From: Vicugna vicugna
Taxonomy: Eukaryota
Assembly (NCBI GenBank): GCA_013265495.1
Contig: MU058769.1
Location: 768,477 to 832,476 of the forward strand
Length of the DNA stretch: 64,000 nucleotides
Reading direction: 5' to 3'
Part shown: positions 1-13,205 of the stretch, piece by piece
How the letters are laid out: each line of letters starts with the position of its first letter
How positions within the stretch are numbered: position 1 is the first letter of the stretch
The notes under the pieces: generated by a model
What the model saw: the letters and a program-made list of their open reading frames with translations, nothing else
Databases searched by the model: none
What the model was told of the DNA's origin: nothing
Translations under genes and position numbers: made by a program

Positions 1-3000
1 CTGATGAAGTCCAATTTTTTGTTTTATTGTCTGTGCTCTGGGTATCACATTTAAGAACTCATTGCCTATTCCACGGTCATGAAGATTTTCACCTATGTTT
101 TCTTCTCAAGAAACATATATGTATATTATAGTTTCAGCTTAGATTTAGGTCTTTGATCCATTTTGAGTTAATTTTTGTGTATGGTGTAAAATAAAGATCC
201 AGTTTCATCCTTTTGCATATAAAATATCTAGTTTTTCTTGCACCATTTGTTGAAAATAGTGTCTTTTCCCCTTTGAATGGTGTTGGTGCCCCTTGAAAAT
301 CAAACGAACAAATCAACTGAGCTCTCTAGTGTGTTGGCCTGTTTGTCTATCCTTGTGCCAGTACCACTGTTTTGATCACTTTAGCTTTAGTAAGTTTTGA
401 AGATTTGAAATTAGGAAGCATGGGTCCTTTAACTTTGTTGTTTTTTAAAGATTGTTCTGACTATTTGAGGGCCCTTGAGATTCCACATGAATTTTAAGAT
501 GGGTTTTTCTGTATCTGTAAAATATTCCGTTGAGATTTTAATAGGGACTACATTGAAAATGTATGCCACTTTATGTAGTATGGCCGTCTTAACAATGTTG
601 CATTTTCCAGTCCATGAACATGGGATGTCTTTCCATTTATTTGTGTCTTCTATAATTTCTTTTAGTGATGTTTTGTAGTTTTCAGTGTACACGTTTTTCA
701 CCTCCTTGGATAAATATATCCTAAGTGTTTTATTTTTGATGCTATTGTAAATGAAATTTTTAAAAAATTTCCTTTTTGGATTGTTCATTGCAAGTGTGTA
801 GAAATACAACTAATATTTGCAGGTTGATTTTATATCCTGCACCTTTGCTGAATTCATTTATTAGCTCTAACAGTTCTTTTATGTGGGTTCCTTTTTCTAT
901 GTGTAATCATGTCAGCTCTGAAACAGGTAATTTTACTTCTTCCTTTCCAATTTGGATGCCCTTTATTTCTTTTTCTTGCCTACTCTGGTTAGAACTTCAG
1001 TACTATGTTAAATAAAAGTAACATAAAGCAGGCATCCTTATTCTGTTCCTCATATTAGGAGAAAAGGCTTCATTCTTTCACCATTGAGTATGACATTAGC
1101 AGTGGGATTTTCACTAATGGCCTTTATCATGTTGAGACAGTCTCTTCTATTCCTAGTTTATCAAGTAATTTTATCATGAAAGGATGTTGAATTTTGTAAA
1201 ATGCTTTTTTGCATGAATTGAGATGATCATGTGGCTTTTTTTTGCATTCTATTAATGTGATGTATTATATTATACAGATTGATTTTTTTAATATGTTGAA
1301 CCATCTTTGCATTCCTGGAATAAATCCCACATAAATCATGATGTATAATGCTTTCATTATGCTGCTGAATTTGTTTTGCAAGTATTTTGTTGAGAAATTT
1401 TGCATCTTGTATTCACAAGAGATTTTGGTCTATAATTTTCTTTTCTCATTAATATCTTTGTCTAGCTTTGGTATCAGTGTAATTCTGACCTCATAGAATG
1501 AGTTAGGAAGACATTCTTTATATATTCCAGATTTAATTCTTTAGTTACCTACATTTTCTCTATCTCTAGTTGTCTTTTCCTTTTGTGTTTGGTGTCTTAG
1601 ATGTACTTTTAATTAAAAAATTTTTTTAAATTCCAGTATGATTAAAATTTTCCATCTTTTTCTTTATAGTTTGTACTTCTTGTATCTGTCTCATTAAATA
1701 CTTTCCTATTCACCTGTATTTTTTAAAGTTTTAGATTTCTTATCATATTTTAGACTTTAATTCAATAAAAATTTTAATTTAATGTATTGTGTAAGCTTGG
1801 GACCTATTTTTCATCTGGATAACCAGTTGTCCCAGCATCATTTATTGAGTAGTCTATACTTTTCTCTCTGATTTGTAGCACCACCACAGTCATTTATCAA
1901 GTTCCCATATATGTGTGCATTTTATTCTTGACCTCTCTTTTGTTTCAATAGTCTGTCAATTACTAAGTCTTGGTATCTGATAATATGCATTTTCCTTTGT
2001 TCTTCAAAACTGGGCTATTATTGGACAAGTTCTGTGGAAAACTCTTTTGGGAATTTTAACTGGAATTACACTGAATTTTAGATTAATTTGGCAAGAATTG
2101 ATATGTTATGATATTAAGTCTTCATATACTATGAACATGATATTTACTTTTTATTGTCTTGCACTTTAGTAAGATTTAAATTTTCTCTGTGTAGCTCTTA
2201 TGTATCTCATATGAGATTAGTCCTAGATACCTTGTAGCTTTTGTTTGTGTCTTTTGTTTATATGCACGTTTCAAGCATACCTTATAGTTTTTGATGCAAT
2301 TGTAAATGGCATTTTTTTAAAATTACATCTTCTGTTAATTGTTGCTGGTATATGGTCACATTATTGATTTTATGTATTGATCTTGTAGTCAGTAACTTTG
2401 CTGAACCCTCATTTCTAGTAGTTTGCAGATTCTTATGGATTTTCTGTATAAGTAATCATGTCACCTGCAAATTGGGACAATTTTGGTTTCTTCCTTTCTA
2501 ATTCACATACATTTCATTTTTCTTATACCTACAGTGCAATAGAAGTGGTGATGATGGCATCTTTGACTTGTTCCTGACTTTAAAGAGAGTGCTCCTGAAG
2601 TTACACTATTAACGTGATGTTTTCCTGTAGGCTTTTTGTAGACACCCTTTATCAGGTGAATGAAGATCCATTCTGTTCGTAGTTTGCTAAATATTTTCAT
2701 CATGGATAGATGTGGAATTTTAACACATGCTTTTTCTATATCTATTGAGATGGGCATATGGTTTTTCATCTCTATTTGTTTGATATGGTGAATTAAATTA
2801 ATTTTCTAAGGTTTTTTGCCCTCGCATTTCTGGGATAATCCATGGTCATGAACTATTCTTAATACGTTGCTATGTTCAGTCTCCTAGTATGTTAATTATA
2901 TTTACAGTTACTTTATGTGTGAATTGGTCTATAATTTTTTTTGTATTATTCTTATCTTGTTTTGGTATCAGGTTATGTTAGCTTCATAAAATGTCTTGAG

Positions 3001-3060
3001 AAGCTTCCCTCTTTCTCTGTTCTCTGAAACAGTTTGCTAAGATAGAATTGAAGCTATTCT
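1..3060 (-). mobile_element. Decayed LINE-1 fragments (ORF2), at least two, antisense in the OS9 intron
   Basis: Minus-strand ORF remnants [48 protein letters not shown] and LSLKSGTSQRC are L1 ORF2-like. Confidence 0.9.
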
Positions 3061-3072
3061 ATATGAAGAGAT

Positions 3073-3134
<62 letters not shown>

Positions 3135-3145
3135 GATAGAGAGAT
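3073..3145 (+). repeat. (GATA)n microsatellite grading into GA
   Basis: About 15 tandem GATA units. Confidence 0.97.
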
Positions 3146-3230
3146 AATTGAAGTATAGTCAGTTGACAATGTTGTGCCAATATCTGGTGCACAGCACGAC
3201 GCTTCAGTCATACAGGAACATCTATAACTC
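3146..3230 (-). mobile_element. Short L1 3'-end fragment
   Basis: AATTGAAGTATAGT is the reverse complement of ACTATACTTCAAT, the L1 terminus also seen at ~23150-23162. Confidence 0.6.
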
Positions 3231-3829
3231 ATAAAAGAGCTGTTGGTCTCTTTCCTCCTTTACTCTTTTCTTTCAACCATCCCAATTCTTTGCTCATTTT
3301 CCTAATGGGTTATTGATATTTTTCTTCTCAATTTATAAAAGCATTTCATATAATAGATTATACTCTTTGTGATAGGAGTTGCAACTATTCTTCTAACTTC
3401 TTGGTGGGCTGCTTCCTCCCTTTCTCCTTTCCTAGTCATGCGTTTAAAGCTGCCCTCTTCACTCTGAGGGCTGTGTTGGTTGCATCCCTCAAGTTTTGAT
3501 ATGCAGTGTTTCCATTTTCATTATGGTTTGTACTTTGCTTCAGAACTTATTTAGAATTATGCTTATCATATTTCTAAACAACTGTATTTTATTGCTGTGT
3601 TTTTATATGATTGCCATTGATCTCTAGTTCTGTGCCATTGTGCCAGTGATTCCTTCGATAATTGAGACTTTCCCTGTGGTAAACTTTAAAAAAATGGTCT
3701 GGATGTGCTTGAAAGCATGTGTTTTCTCTAATTCAGTTCAAGATTCTAATTATATTTCAAATTTTCTACAAATTTTTGTCCAGTTGCCCAATCAGTTGTT
3801 GAAAGGGTTGTATTAAAGGACCTTAAAAG

Positions 3830-6800
3830 CTCCTCCGTGCCCTGCACACCCCGCCCCTCTCCCCTCCTTACCGCAGAGGTAACCGCTGTCCTGACTTTGT
3901 GAGTAATTGCTCTGCTTTTCTCTATAGAGTTTTACCATCTATGTGTGCATCTCGGTGAATTTAGACTTTTCTTCTGAACTTTATACAAATGGCATCACAC
4001 TATATGAAAACACCCAGAGTATATATACACAAGTGTTCTGACACTTGTTTCTTTTCTTTTTTGGGGGGAGCTCAGGGAGGAGTTGTAATTAGGTTGGTTG
4101 GTTGGTTTGTTTAAATGGAGATGCTGGGGATTGAACCCAGGACCTCTTGCATGCTAAGCACACACTCTGCCACTGAGCTCTACCCTCCCCTCGGCACCTG
4201 TTTCCCTTGCTCAGCGCTATGTTGATGAGATGCGTACCCGTCTGGGGCTGCTGTGGCCGCAGTGTGCTCACTTACCTGCCCATATAGTCCTCCTGTGTGT
4301 AGTTCATTGTCACCTATTCACCCAGATTACCTTTCATGGAATTTGGATTGTTTCCATTTTTCTGTTCTTACACTTTCAAAAGCTATTATGAACAACATTA
4401 TTTTAAGTACCTCCTAATATTATGTACAAGAACTTCTTCAGGAAGAATTTCACCTGGGGGTACACTGCTGGGTAGTGGATATGAAGGTGAGCCCAAGTGC
4501 TACTTTATTTGGTAATGCAGAATATTTTCCAAAATTTTTGTTCCCATTTACATTCTTATTGCAGTGTATAAGTTACCAACGTTCCATATCCTGGCCAGTA
4601 TTTGATACTATCTAGACTCTTAAACTTTGACTAATTTAATGAGTGTGTCATGATACCTCATTTAATTTTCATTTCACGGATTCCTAACAATCATCTTTTT
4701 AAGTATTTATTAGTGTGAAGCTGTTTACACTAGTGAACTTGATGTCCTAATATTAAGCCAAACTTTGATTTGAAATTAAGCGATTTATGAATCTTTTAAT
4801 GTTAAACCAACTTTGCGTTCCTGCGGCGAACCCAGTTCAGTCATAGGCATTATCCGTGACAATCCTGTATCTTGCTGGCCTCAGTTTGCTGATGTTCTAA
4901 AGGATCTTACGTGTATCTCCTGAGAGATACTGACTGTAGTTTTCTTTCTAGTGTTGACCTTATCAAGCCTTAGTGACAAGGTTATGCTGGCCTCAGAAAA
5001 TGAGCTTTAAAATGTGTGTAAGGTTGCAATTTTTTATTCCTTAAACGTTTGCTAGAATTCACCTGGAAGATCATCTTGGTCCAGGTTTTCTTTGTGGGAA
5101 GATTTTAAACTTGGATTTTTTTAAAAAGTAGTTTTAGGAATATTCAGTTTTCTGTTTCTAGTTGGGTCAGTTTTAGTAAGTTTCTATTTTTTAGGAATTT
5201 TTCTAGTCTCTGATTTTTCAGATTTATTTGGTATAAAGTTGTTCACGATATCCTTCTATTATCTTTGTAATCTCTGTAGCATCTGTAATTAGGTTCCTCT
5301 TTTCATTCCTCATGGGTTATTTTTGCCCTGCTCTTCTGTTACTCAGTCTCTCCAGAGGTTGGTCGGTTTTATGAGACTTTTCAAAGAACCAGCTCTTGGC
5401 TCTGTTGAGCGTCTATACTGTTATTTGTTTTCCATTTGATTAATTTCCACATAATCTTTGTTTTCCTTCCTTCTACTTTTTTCGACTTTAGTTTGCTGTT
5501 CTTTTTTCAACTTCTTGAAATGAATGCTTAGCTCATTTTCAGCTTTTCCTCATTTATAATGTATCTCATATAAATTTCTCTTCAGGTATGACTTTAGATA
5601 TGTTTCACAAGTTTCCTAAGGCTATTTTAAATTTCTTTGTCTAATTTTCAAGTGGATAATACATTCCCATGATTCAAAACCCAGAAAGTTATAAAAAGGT
5701 GTACAGTGAGGATTCTCCCTCCCAAGCTTACCTCCCACCTGCTCAGTTCCCATCGTGTCCTGTGCAAATAACCCTCCACTTGGTTTTTTGTGTGTCCTTC
5801 CAGCCTTTCTTCGTGTGTTTAAAAGCAATTATGACTAGAGGTGCTGCTTTCCTCCCCCCCCCATTTTTTTTACACACAATATGCAGTATACTAAACACAC
5901 GTTCAGCACCTTGTTTTTATGTGTCTTGACAATATTCTTAGAGCCCTTTCAATGGCAGTACATCTAGAGCTTTATTCTTTGTTTTCACATTTGCATAATA
6001 TTCTGTTGTATAAGTCTTCTATTATTTTGTCACCAGTATTGTACTGATTAAAATAGTTTCCCTCCAACTTATTGTTACTAAGGAAGATTATTCCATTATG
6101 CATATATATATGTGTAACTATATCTTGAAAGTATAGTTGCTAGATTTAGGTTATATCTATTTAAAGATGGTCTTTTTAAAATTTTTATGGAAAATTAAAA
6201 ACAGAAAATCAGAGCTAATTGTCCGGTGACCCCCTGTGTAACATCTAGTTTCAACAAATACGGCCAGTCTCAGTTCCTCCATCCCCTTGCCCACCTCCCT
6301 GCACTTCCACCTCCACTCCCAGAGTATTTGTAATCAAATTGCAGACATCGTATAATTTCATTCAAGAGTATTTCTGTATTATCCCTAAAAGACTAGAGTG
6401 CTTTTTAAATATAACCACAATACCACATCACACTTAAAAATTAACTGTAATTTCTTATCATTGAATATTTAATAATTTCAAGTTTTCCTGGTTATCTTAT
6501 GGATCTTGTAATTATATAGACTTTAATGGTTGTGCCTTTTAAATTTGTTGAGACTTGTTGTGTGGTCCAGTGTATGTCAATTTCTATGACTGTTTCTTTG
6601 TGCTTGAAAAGAACATGTCCTCTGCTGTTAGTTACAATGTATGTCTGTATGTCTAGTTTTCTGTATGTCTTTTTGGTCATGATTGTTACTCATGCTGTTC
6701 AAATCTTTTGTATCCTTACTGACTTGTCTCCCGCTATGATTATGGATTTGTCTGTTATTCTTTATTATTTTTCCAGTTTATTCATTATTATTCTGTCAGT
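3830..6800 (-). mobile_element. Old L1 fragments (3'-end and ORF2 remnants); boundaries approximate
   Basis: T-rich antisense L1-like sequence, e.g. TTTTCAAAGAACCAGCTCTTGG and GAGGTAACCGCTGTCCTGACTTT. Confidence 0.6.
4052..4190 (-). mobile_element. tRNA-derived SINE (camelid Vic-1-like)
   Basis: Reverse complement reads GGGGAGGGTAGAGCTCAGTGGCAGAG (A box)...GGGTTCAATCCCC (B box), then an A-rich tail; diverged TSD GACACTTGTTTC/GGCACCTGTTTC. Confidence 0.85.
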
Positions 6801-8187
6801 TGTTGCTTTTTGCATCTTGGGGCTATGTATTAATTTATTCAGCAAATGTTAGTATTAAATGCTTCTACGTGCCAGGCGCTGTTCTAGTTGCTAAGGGTGT
6901 TTCAGTGAAGACAACAGACAAAAATTCCTGCTTTAGTTGGGAGAGACAGACAATAAGGAAGATAAAGAATTACATACAATTTAAATTGTTATCTTCTTTA
7001 TAAATTGAACTTTTTCACATTATGAATTGACCTTTATCTTAGTAATTTCTTTACTTAAAGTCTCTTGTGTAATAATAATGTAGTAATAACAGCTTACATT
7101 GGGTTGTTTGCTGATTTTTCTCACCCTTTTGTTTTTATCTTTTCTATAGTTTAAGTGTGTTCTCTAAATGGCATATCCTTGTATTTTTAAAATTTTTAAC
7201 CAATTTTATATATATTTGGATTTATGTCTAATATTTTACTTTATGCTTTGTTTTGTTCTCCTTTTTCTCTGCTTTGTTGCTTTTGGTCTGTTTTATTTTG
7301 TCTTAATCATGCCACTTTTTCCTCTTATCTCAGTGGGAAGTTATATGCTTTGTTTCTTTATTTTTTTAAATAATAGCTTTATCAAGATACAGTTCACATT
7401 ACCACACAATTATGTAGTTGTTAGTGTGTTCATAGAGTTGTGCAACCATCACCACAATCAACTTTAGGATATTGTCATCACCCTAAAAGAAATCCCCTAC
7501 CCTCTAACGGTTACTGTCTCTTCCACCTCCACTCGTAACCCGGTCCTCTGCTCTAGACAACCTGTAATCTTTTTTACCTCTGTAGATTTGTCTGTTCCAG
7601 ATATTTCATATAGATGAAATCATGGAATGTGTGGCCTTTTATGTCTGGCTTCTTTCACTTGCCATGTTTTCAAGGATCATCTGTGTGTAGTACGTGCCAG
7701 TACTGCATTACATTTTATAGCCAAGTAATATTCCACGTTCTATTTGTTCATCAGCTGAACATTTGGGTTGTTTGCACTTTTTGGCCATTGTGAACAATGC
7801 TGCTTTTAACATATGTGAACATGTGCGGACGAAAGTTTTCATTTCTCTTGGTATATACCAAGGAGCAGAACTGCTGGATCATGTGGTGATTCTGTTTAAC
7901 CTTTTGAGGAACTGCCAGACTCTTCCCAAAGCACGAGGACCATTTTCTAATCCCACAAGTAGTGTCTGAAGGTTTCAGTTTCTCCACGTCAACACTTGTT
8001 TTTTGTCTTTTTGACTATAACCTTCCTACTGAGTAAGAAGTGGCATCCCAGTGTGGCTTTGATTTGCGTTTTCCTGTTGTTTCACGATGTGGAGCATCTT
8101 TTCTTAGGCTTATTAGCACTCTGTATACTTTCTTTGGAGAAATGTCTATTCAGCTCTTTTGCCTGTTTTTAAATTGCATTGTTGCAA

Positions 8188-8802
8188 TTTATTTATTTAT
8201 TTATTTATTTTTCTGCGATTTTAACTTTATTTTGCAAGAGAAATTCAATGTGCTTCACAAACCTATGCCCTCATTCCCCATTCTCTGCAAAGACACTGAT
8301 GCTCTGGCCTCTCGTGCCGTCTGGCCCCCCTGTTCCTCTCACTTCCGGGGTCTCTCCCGCCTGATGGCCTCAGGTGCGTGGAGGAGGCCACTCCAGAGTT
8401 AGCTGATTCCCTCTGGGGTGTCCTGGAGGCCCTCCAGCCGCGCGTGTGTGTGTGTGTGTGTGTGTGTGCTGGCGTCAGGCATCCTGTAGAAAGGCGGCAG
8501 TGCCCCGGCCCCATGCTCCCTGAGATTCCGCTCCCGTCATGATGGGGGAGGCCTGGGGCTTCTGACAAGCTCTCCAGGGGATTCTGACGTAAGAGGCCCA
8601 GCCCACCCGGTGAGAAATGCTTCCCTTTTCCTGCTCCAGAGATGGAGACGAGCTCTGACAACCTGAGACGGGGCTAGATCACAGTTTTTACCCTGTGATG
8701 GGGAGGCGGGAGGCGGAGCTGCCTTCTAACCACACGCAGAATCCTCCACACTGGGCCCTCAACCCTCATTTACTTGGCTCTGCTTCAGAGCCTTCCATGA
8801 CC
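8188..8802 (-). pseudogene. Orphan polyadenylated retro-insert (retroposed 3' UTR fragment or 3' transduction), source unknown
   Basis: GC-rich non-L1 block inside L1; minus-strand AATAAA (8226-8231) 14 nt before an (AAAT)n tail (8187-8212). Confidence 0.6.
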
Positions 8803-10531
8803 TTATCGTTTTGTTACTGAGTTGTAAAATGTCTTAATATATTCTGGATACAAGTCCTTTATCAGATACATGATTTGCAAATATCTTCTCCCCTTCTGTG
8901 GGTCGTCATTTCATTCTTGATGGTATCCTTTGCAACACAGAGACCTTTAATTTTGCTGAATTCCAATTTATCTATTTTTTCTTTTGTTACTTGTGCTTTT
9001 ACTGTTGTATCTAATACACCACTGCCTTATCGAAGTCCATGGAGATGTACACCTATGTTTCCTTCTAAGAATTTTATAGTTTCACATATAGGGCTTTGAT
9101 CCATTTGGGGTTAATTTTTGTACATGGCATGAGGTACATTCTTCATTCTTTTGCTTGTAGACACCCAGTTGTCCAGCATCATGTGCTGAAAAGACTGTTC
9201 CTGTTGAATTATGTTGATAACCTTGTTGAAAATCAAATGATGAGAACAGTGAAGGTTAATTTCTGGACTCTCAATTCTGTTTCATTGGACCATATATTTA
9301 TACTATGTCAGTACCACGATGTCTTGATTATTGTAGCAAGTTCTGAAATCTGAAAGAATGAGTCCAATCCTGTTTGTTTGGTTTTTTTGAGATTGTTTTG
9401 GCTATGTGGAGATCCTTGAATTTTCATATGAATTTTAAGAACAGGTTGTTAATTTCCGCAAAGAAGGCATCTGAAATTTTGATGGAGATTGTATTGAATC
9501 TGAAGATCAATTTGGGGAGTATTAAGTCTTAAGTCTTAACAAGAATTAAGTCTTGTAACCCATGAACTTGGATGTCTTTCTGTTTATTTAAGTCTTTAGT
9601 TTCTTTCAGCAGTGTTTTATAGTTTTCAGAGTAATAGTGCTACACTTATTTTGTTACATTTATTACCAGTTATTTCATTCTTGTTGGTGCTATTACAAAT
9701 GGAATTATTTTCTTAATTTTATTTTTTGATTATTCATTGCAAGTGTACAGAAATACAGTTGATTGCTGTTTCCTGTAACCTATTGAACTCATTTATTCCA
9801 ATGGTTCATTTTAGTAGATTCCTTAGGATTTTCTATATACAAGATCAGGCCATCTGTAGATGTAGGTTTACTGTAGTAAACTGTAGATTTGCTTTTTCCA
9901 ATCTAGAGGCCTTTTATTTCATTTTCTTGCCTAATTGCCCTGGTCAGAACCTCTAGTACCATGTTGAATAGAAATGACATGAGCAGACATCCTTGTCTTT
10001 TTCCTGATCTCAGGGAATTCAGTTTTTCACCAGTAATTATGGTATTAGCTGTGGATTTTTCATAGCTACTGCTTATCAGGTTGATGAAGTTCTCCTCTAG
10101 TCCTAGTTTGTTGAATGTTTTGGTCATGAAGAGGTGTTGTATTTTGTCAGATGCTCCTCTGCATCCACTGAGATGATCATGCTGTTTTTGTCCTTTATTT
10201 TATTGATAAGATGTATTAACTACATTAATAGATCTTTTTTTTTTATGTTAACCCAATCTTGTACTCCTGGAATAAATCCCACTTGATCATGGTATTCCTT
10301 TACAATCCTTTTTATATCTGTACCCCTTTTTATATGTTGCTGAATCCAGTGAACTAGCTGAGGACTCTGAGGTCTATGTTCATGAGATCTGGCCTCTCTG
10401 GTTTCCTTTTCTTGTGGTATCTTTGTCTAGATTTGGTGTCAGGGTAATACTGGCCTCATAGAATGAGTTGGGAATTATTCCCTGCTCCTCTGTTTTTTGG
10501 AAGAGTTTGAGATAGATTGGTATTTTTATTT

Positions 10532-10663
10532 TATTTGCGGGGGGAGGAGGTAATTGCATTTATTTACTTATTCTTTTTTTTTTTAATTGAGATACTGGGG
10601 ATTGAACCCAACACCTCGTGCATGCTAAGCATGCACTCTACTGCTGAGCTATACCCTCCCCCC
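10532..10663 (-). mobile_element. tRNA-derived SINE (Vic-1-like) inserted in L1
   Basis: A and B boxes; TSD AGATTGGTATTTTTATTT (10514) / AGACTGGTATTTTTATTT (10664). Confidence 0.9.
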
Positions 10664-12889
10664 AGACTGGTATTTTTATTTTTCAAATGTTTGGTAGAAT
10701 TCACCAATAGATCCGTGTGACCCAAGCTTTCCTATGTGAGTCGTTTTCTGATTGCTGATTTAGTCTCTTTACTTGTCACTGATCTCTTCAGATTGTCTAT
10801 TTCTTCTTGAGTCAATTTTGGTAGTTTGTGTCTTTCTAGAAATTTGTCCGTCTCATCTGAGTTATTTGATTTGTTGGCATGTAGGTGATCATAGTATTCC
10901 TTTACAATCCTTTTTATATCTGTAAGGTTGGTAGTAATGTTCCTTCTTTCATTCTCAGTTGTACTAATTTGAGTCTTCTCTTTTTTCTTGGCCAGTCTAG
11001 CTAAAATTTTGTCACTTTTAATGATCTTTTCAAAACCCAACTTTTAGTTTCATTGATTTTTCTCTATTGCTTTTCTATTCTCTATTTCATTTGTTTCTGT
11101 TCTAATCTGTATTCTTTCTTTCCCTATACTTGCTTTGAATTTAGTTTACTTTTCTTTTTCTAGTTTCTTAAGGTGGGAGGTCAGGTTATGGATTTGAGAT
11201 CTTTCTTCTTTTTTTATATTTTACAGGTAAAAATTTTCTTCTAAGCACTGCTTTAGCTGAATCCCATAAGTTTTGATATATTATGTCTTCATTTTCATTC
11301 ATCTCAGAGTATTTTCTAATTTTCTTGTGATTTCTTCTTTGACCCATTGGTTACTTAGGAGTGTATTAGTTTCTGCACATTAGTGAGTTTCCCAAATTTC
11401 ATTAATTTCAATATCATTCCATTGTGGTTAGAGAACATACTTTGATTTAAATTCTTAGTTCTTTGAACATATTTATAATGACTACTTTAAAATGTACTTC
11501 TGTGAAATCCGACATCTGTGTCCTCTCCTGGTGTTTCCTCTTGCCTGCTTTTTCTCCTGTGTATGGGTCACACTTAACTGTTTCTTTGCATATCTCATAA
11601 TTTTTGTTGAAAGCTGGACATTTTAGGTAATATGCTGTAGCAACTCTACATACTGATTCTTACCCTCTACCACAAGACTTGTTTTGGTTGGTTGTGGGTT
11701 CATTTCTTTAGTGACTTGGCTGGACTGTTTTAGCGAAGTCTGTTTCCCCTGCAGCATGGAGCCTCTGAGGGTGCAGGCTTGGGCATGCACACAGTCATGC
11801 TAGGTGACAGTGGTTTCAGCAGGGCTCTCTGTGTCTCTTTTGCTGATCTATTAAGCACTCTACCTCTGCTGGTATCACACCCAGCTGATGGGCTCCACTA
11901 ATCGCCAGCTAATTGTCTGTATTTTTCAGTCTGATTCAATTAAATGTGAACTCCTTTACAGAGGTTGTTTTTTATGCTTATCAGCCTCTTGTTTATTGCT
12001 TACCACCAAAATTTTCATTTATTTTGAAAGTGCCCGTAAGCTTAAACTTCCCTATACAATGTTTCACATAAAGTCAGTCGTTTGGAAGAAGCTTTGGAGC
12101 TTTCTGTTCTTGTGGATTGCCTTTCTCCCTGGGCAAAATCTCTAAGCCCCTGCTTTAGAGCTGGTGTCAGGGACAGTGACCCAGTTCTGTCAGAGTGACA
12201 CTCCTGTGTTACGAGCAGGGAGCTGGGCGGGGGTCGTAGCTTCTGGTCCTCTCAGTTTGCGTCTCTGTTGTCAGATCTCTACCTTTTTAGTGATCTGTGG
12301 GAGGATGATCAGGGCCCCAATATTCTTGTCCTGCTGTACCTGAGGTACAGCCTCTGTCCAGTGAGTGGGGCTGGCTGTCCTCAATCTCCTGACCACATTC
12401 AGCAGGAATTTATTCTCTACACCTTGGAACTGGAGAGGGCTGAGAGACATTGGTGGCCTGGTGAAATGCCATATCCCTTGACTGGATGTGAAGGGGAGAG
12501 GTAGCCCCACTTTTTGGACCACGCTCACCTGGAGTGGAGCATCTATCTGACTGAGCTGGGGCGTGGGGGTTGGCGTAAGAGAGGAAGGGAGCAGGTCATG
12601 GCCCAAGTACCACAGACATTCACTGTTAAACATTTAGTAGTTTTTCTCGAATGGATGTTTCTTAATTTTATCTTTACTCTCTTTCTAAATAATACAAGGA
12701 TCTTAGAATTGTTTGACTTTTTAAAAAATCATACACATACATACAAATATACGCATATGCACACAAACAAAGAATATGCATGTTTCGAATACATATAAAT
12801 ATATATGTATCAAATATGTATAAGTATGTACATACTGTATTTATATAAAGCAGGAATGTGAAATAGAAATCAGCTGGTTACCTACAGTG

Positions 12890-13050
12890 AAGCTGCCCGA
12901 GTTCAACTCCTATTTTTACCACTCATCAGCTGGGCAACCTGAACAAGTCCCTTAACTGCATCGAACCTAGGTTTCTTGAGCCACAGAGCTGAGACACTGA
13001 TACCTCCCTCACTGGGTTTTTGTGGGAATTAAATGAACTAATGCATGTGA
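12890..13050 (+). mobile_element. MIR-like SINE
   Basis: Core-like CTGAACAAGTCCCTTAAC...GTTTTTGTGGGAATTAAATGA. Confidence 0.6.
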
Positions 13051-13205
13051 AGTGCCATATACACTATGTATGTGTGTACAGTATGCACACGATACAGGCA
13101 CAGCACCTGGCGGACAGTGAGTGCTCAGTGAAAAGCAGCTGCCCTAGGACCCGAAGGTGCTTGTTGGTGGCGACTGCTGTTTATTCTCGCTCTCTGTCCT
13201 GGCAG

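Larger units (their letters stand above)
7360..11440 (-). mobile_element. LINE-1 (3' end through ORF2), antisense, interrupted by inserts at 8188-8802 and ~10532-10663
   Basis: ORF2 remnants LRSGKRQGCLLMSFLFNMVLEVLTRAIRQENEIKG and DKFLERHKLPKLTQEEIDNL. Confidence 0.9.

Noticed and set aside
4100..4190. tRNA-like A/B boxes (also ~10600, ~21000, ~59650)
   Set aside because: SINE heads with A-rich tails and, in most copies, TSDs; not tRNA genes.
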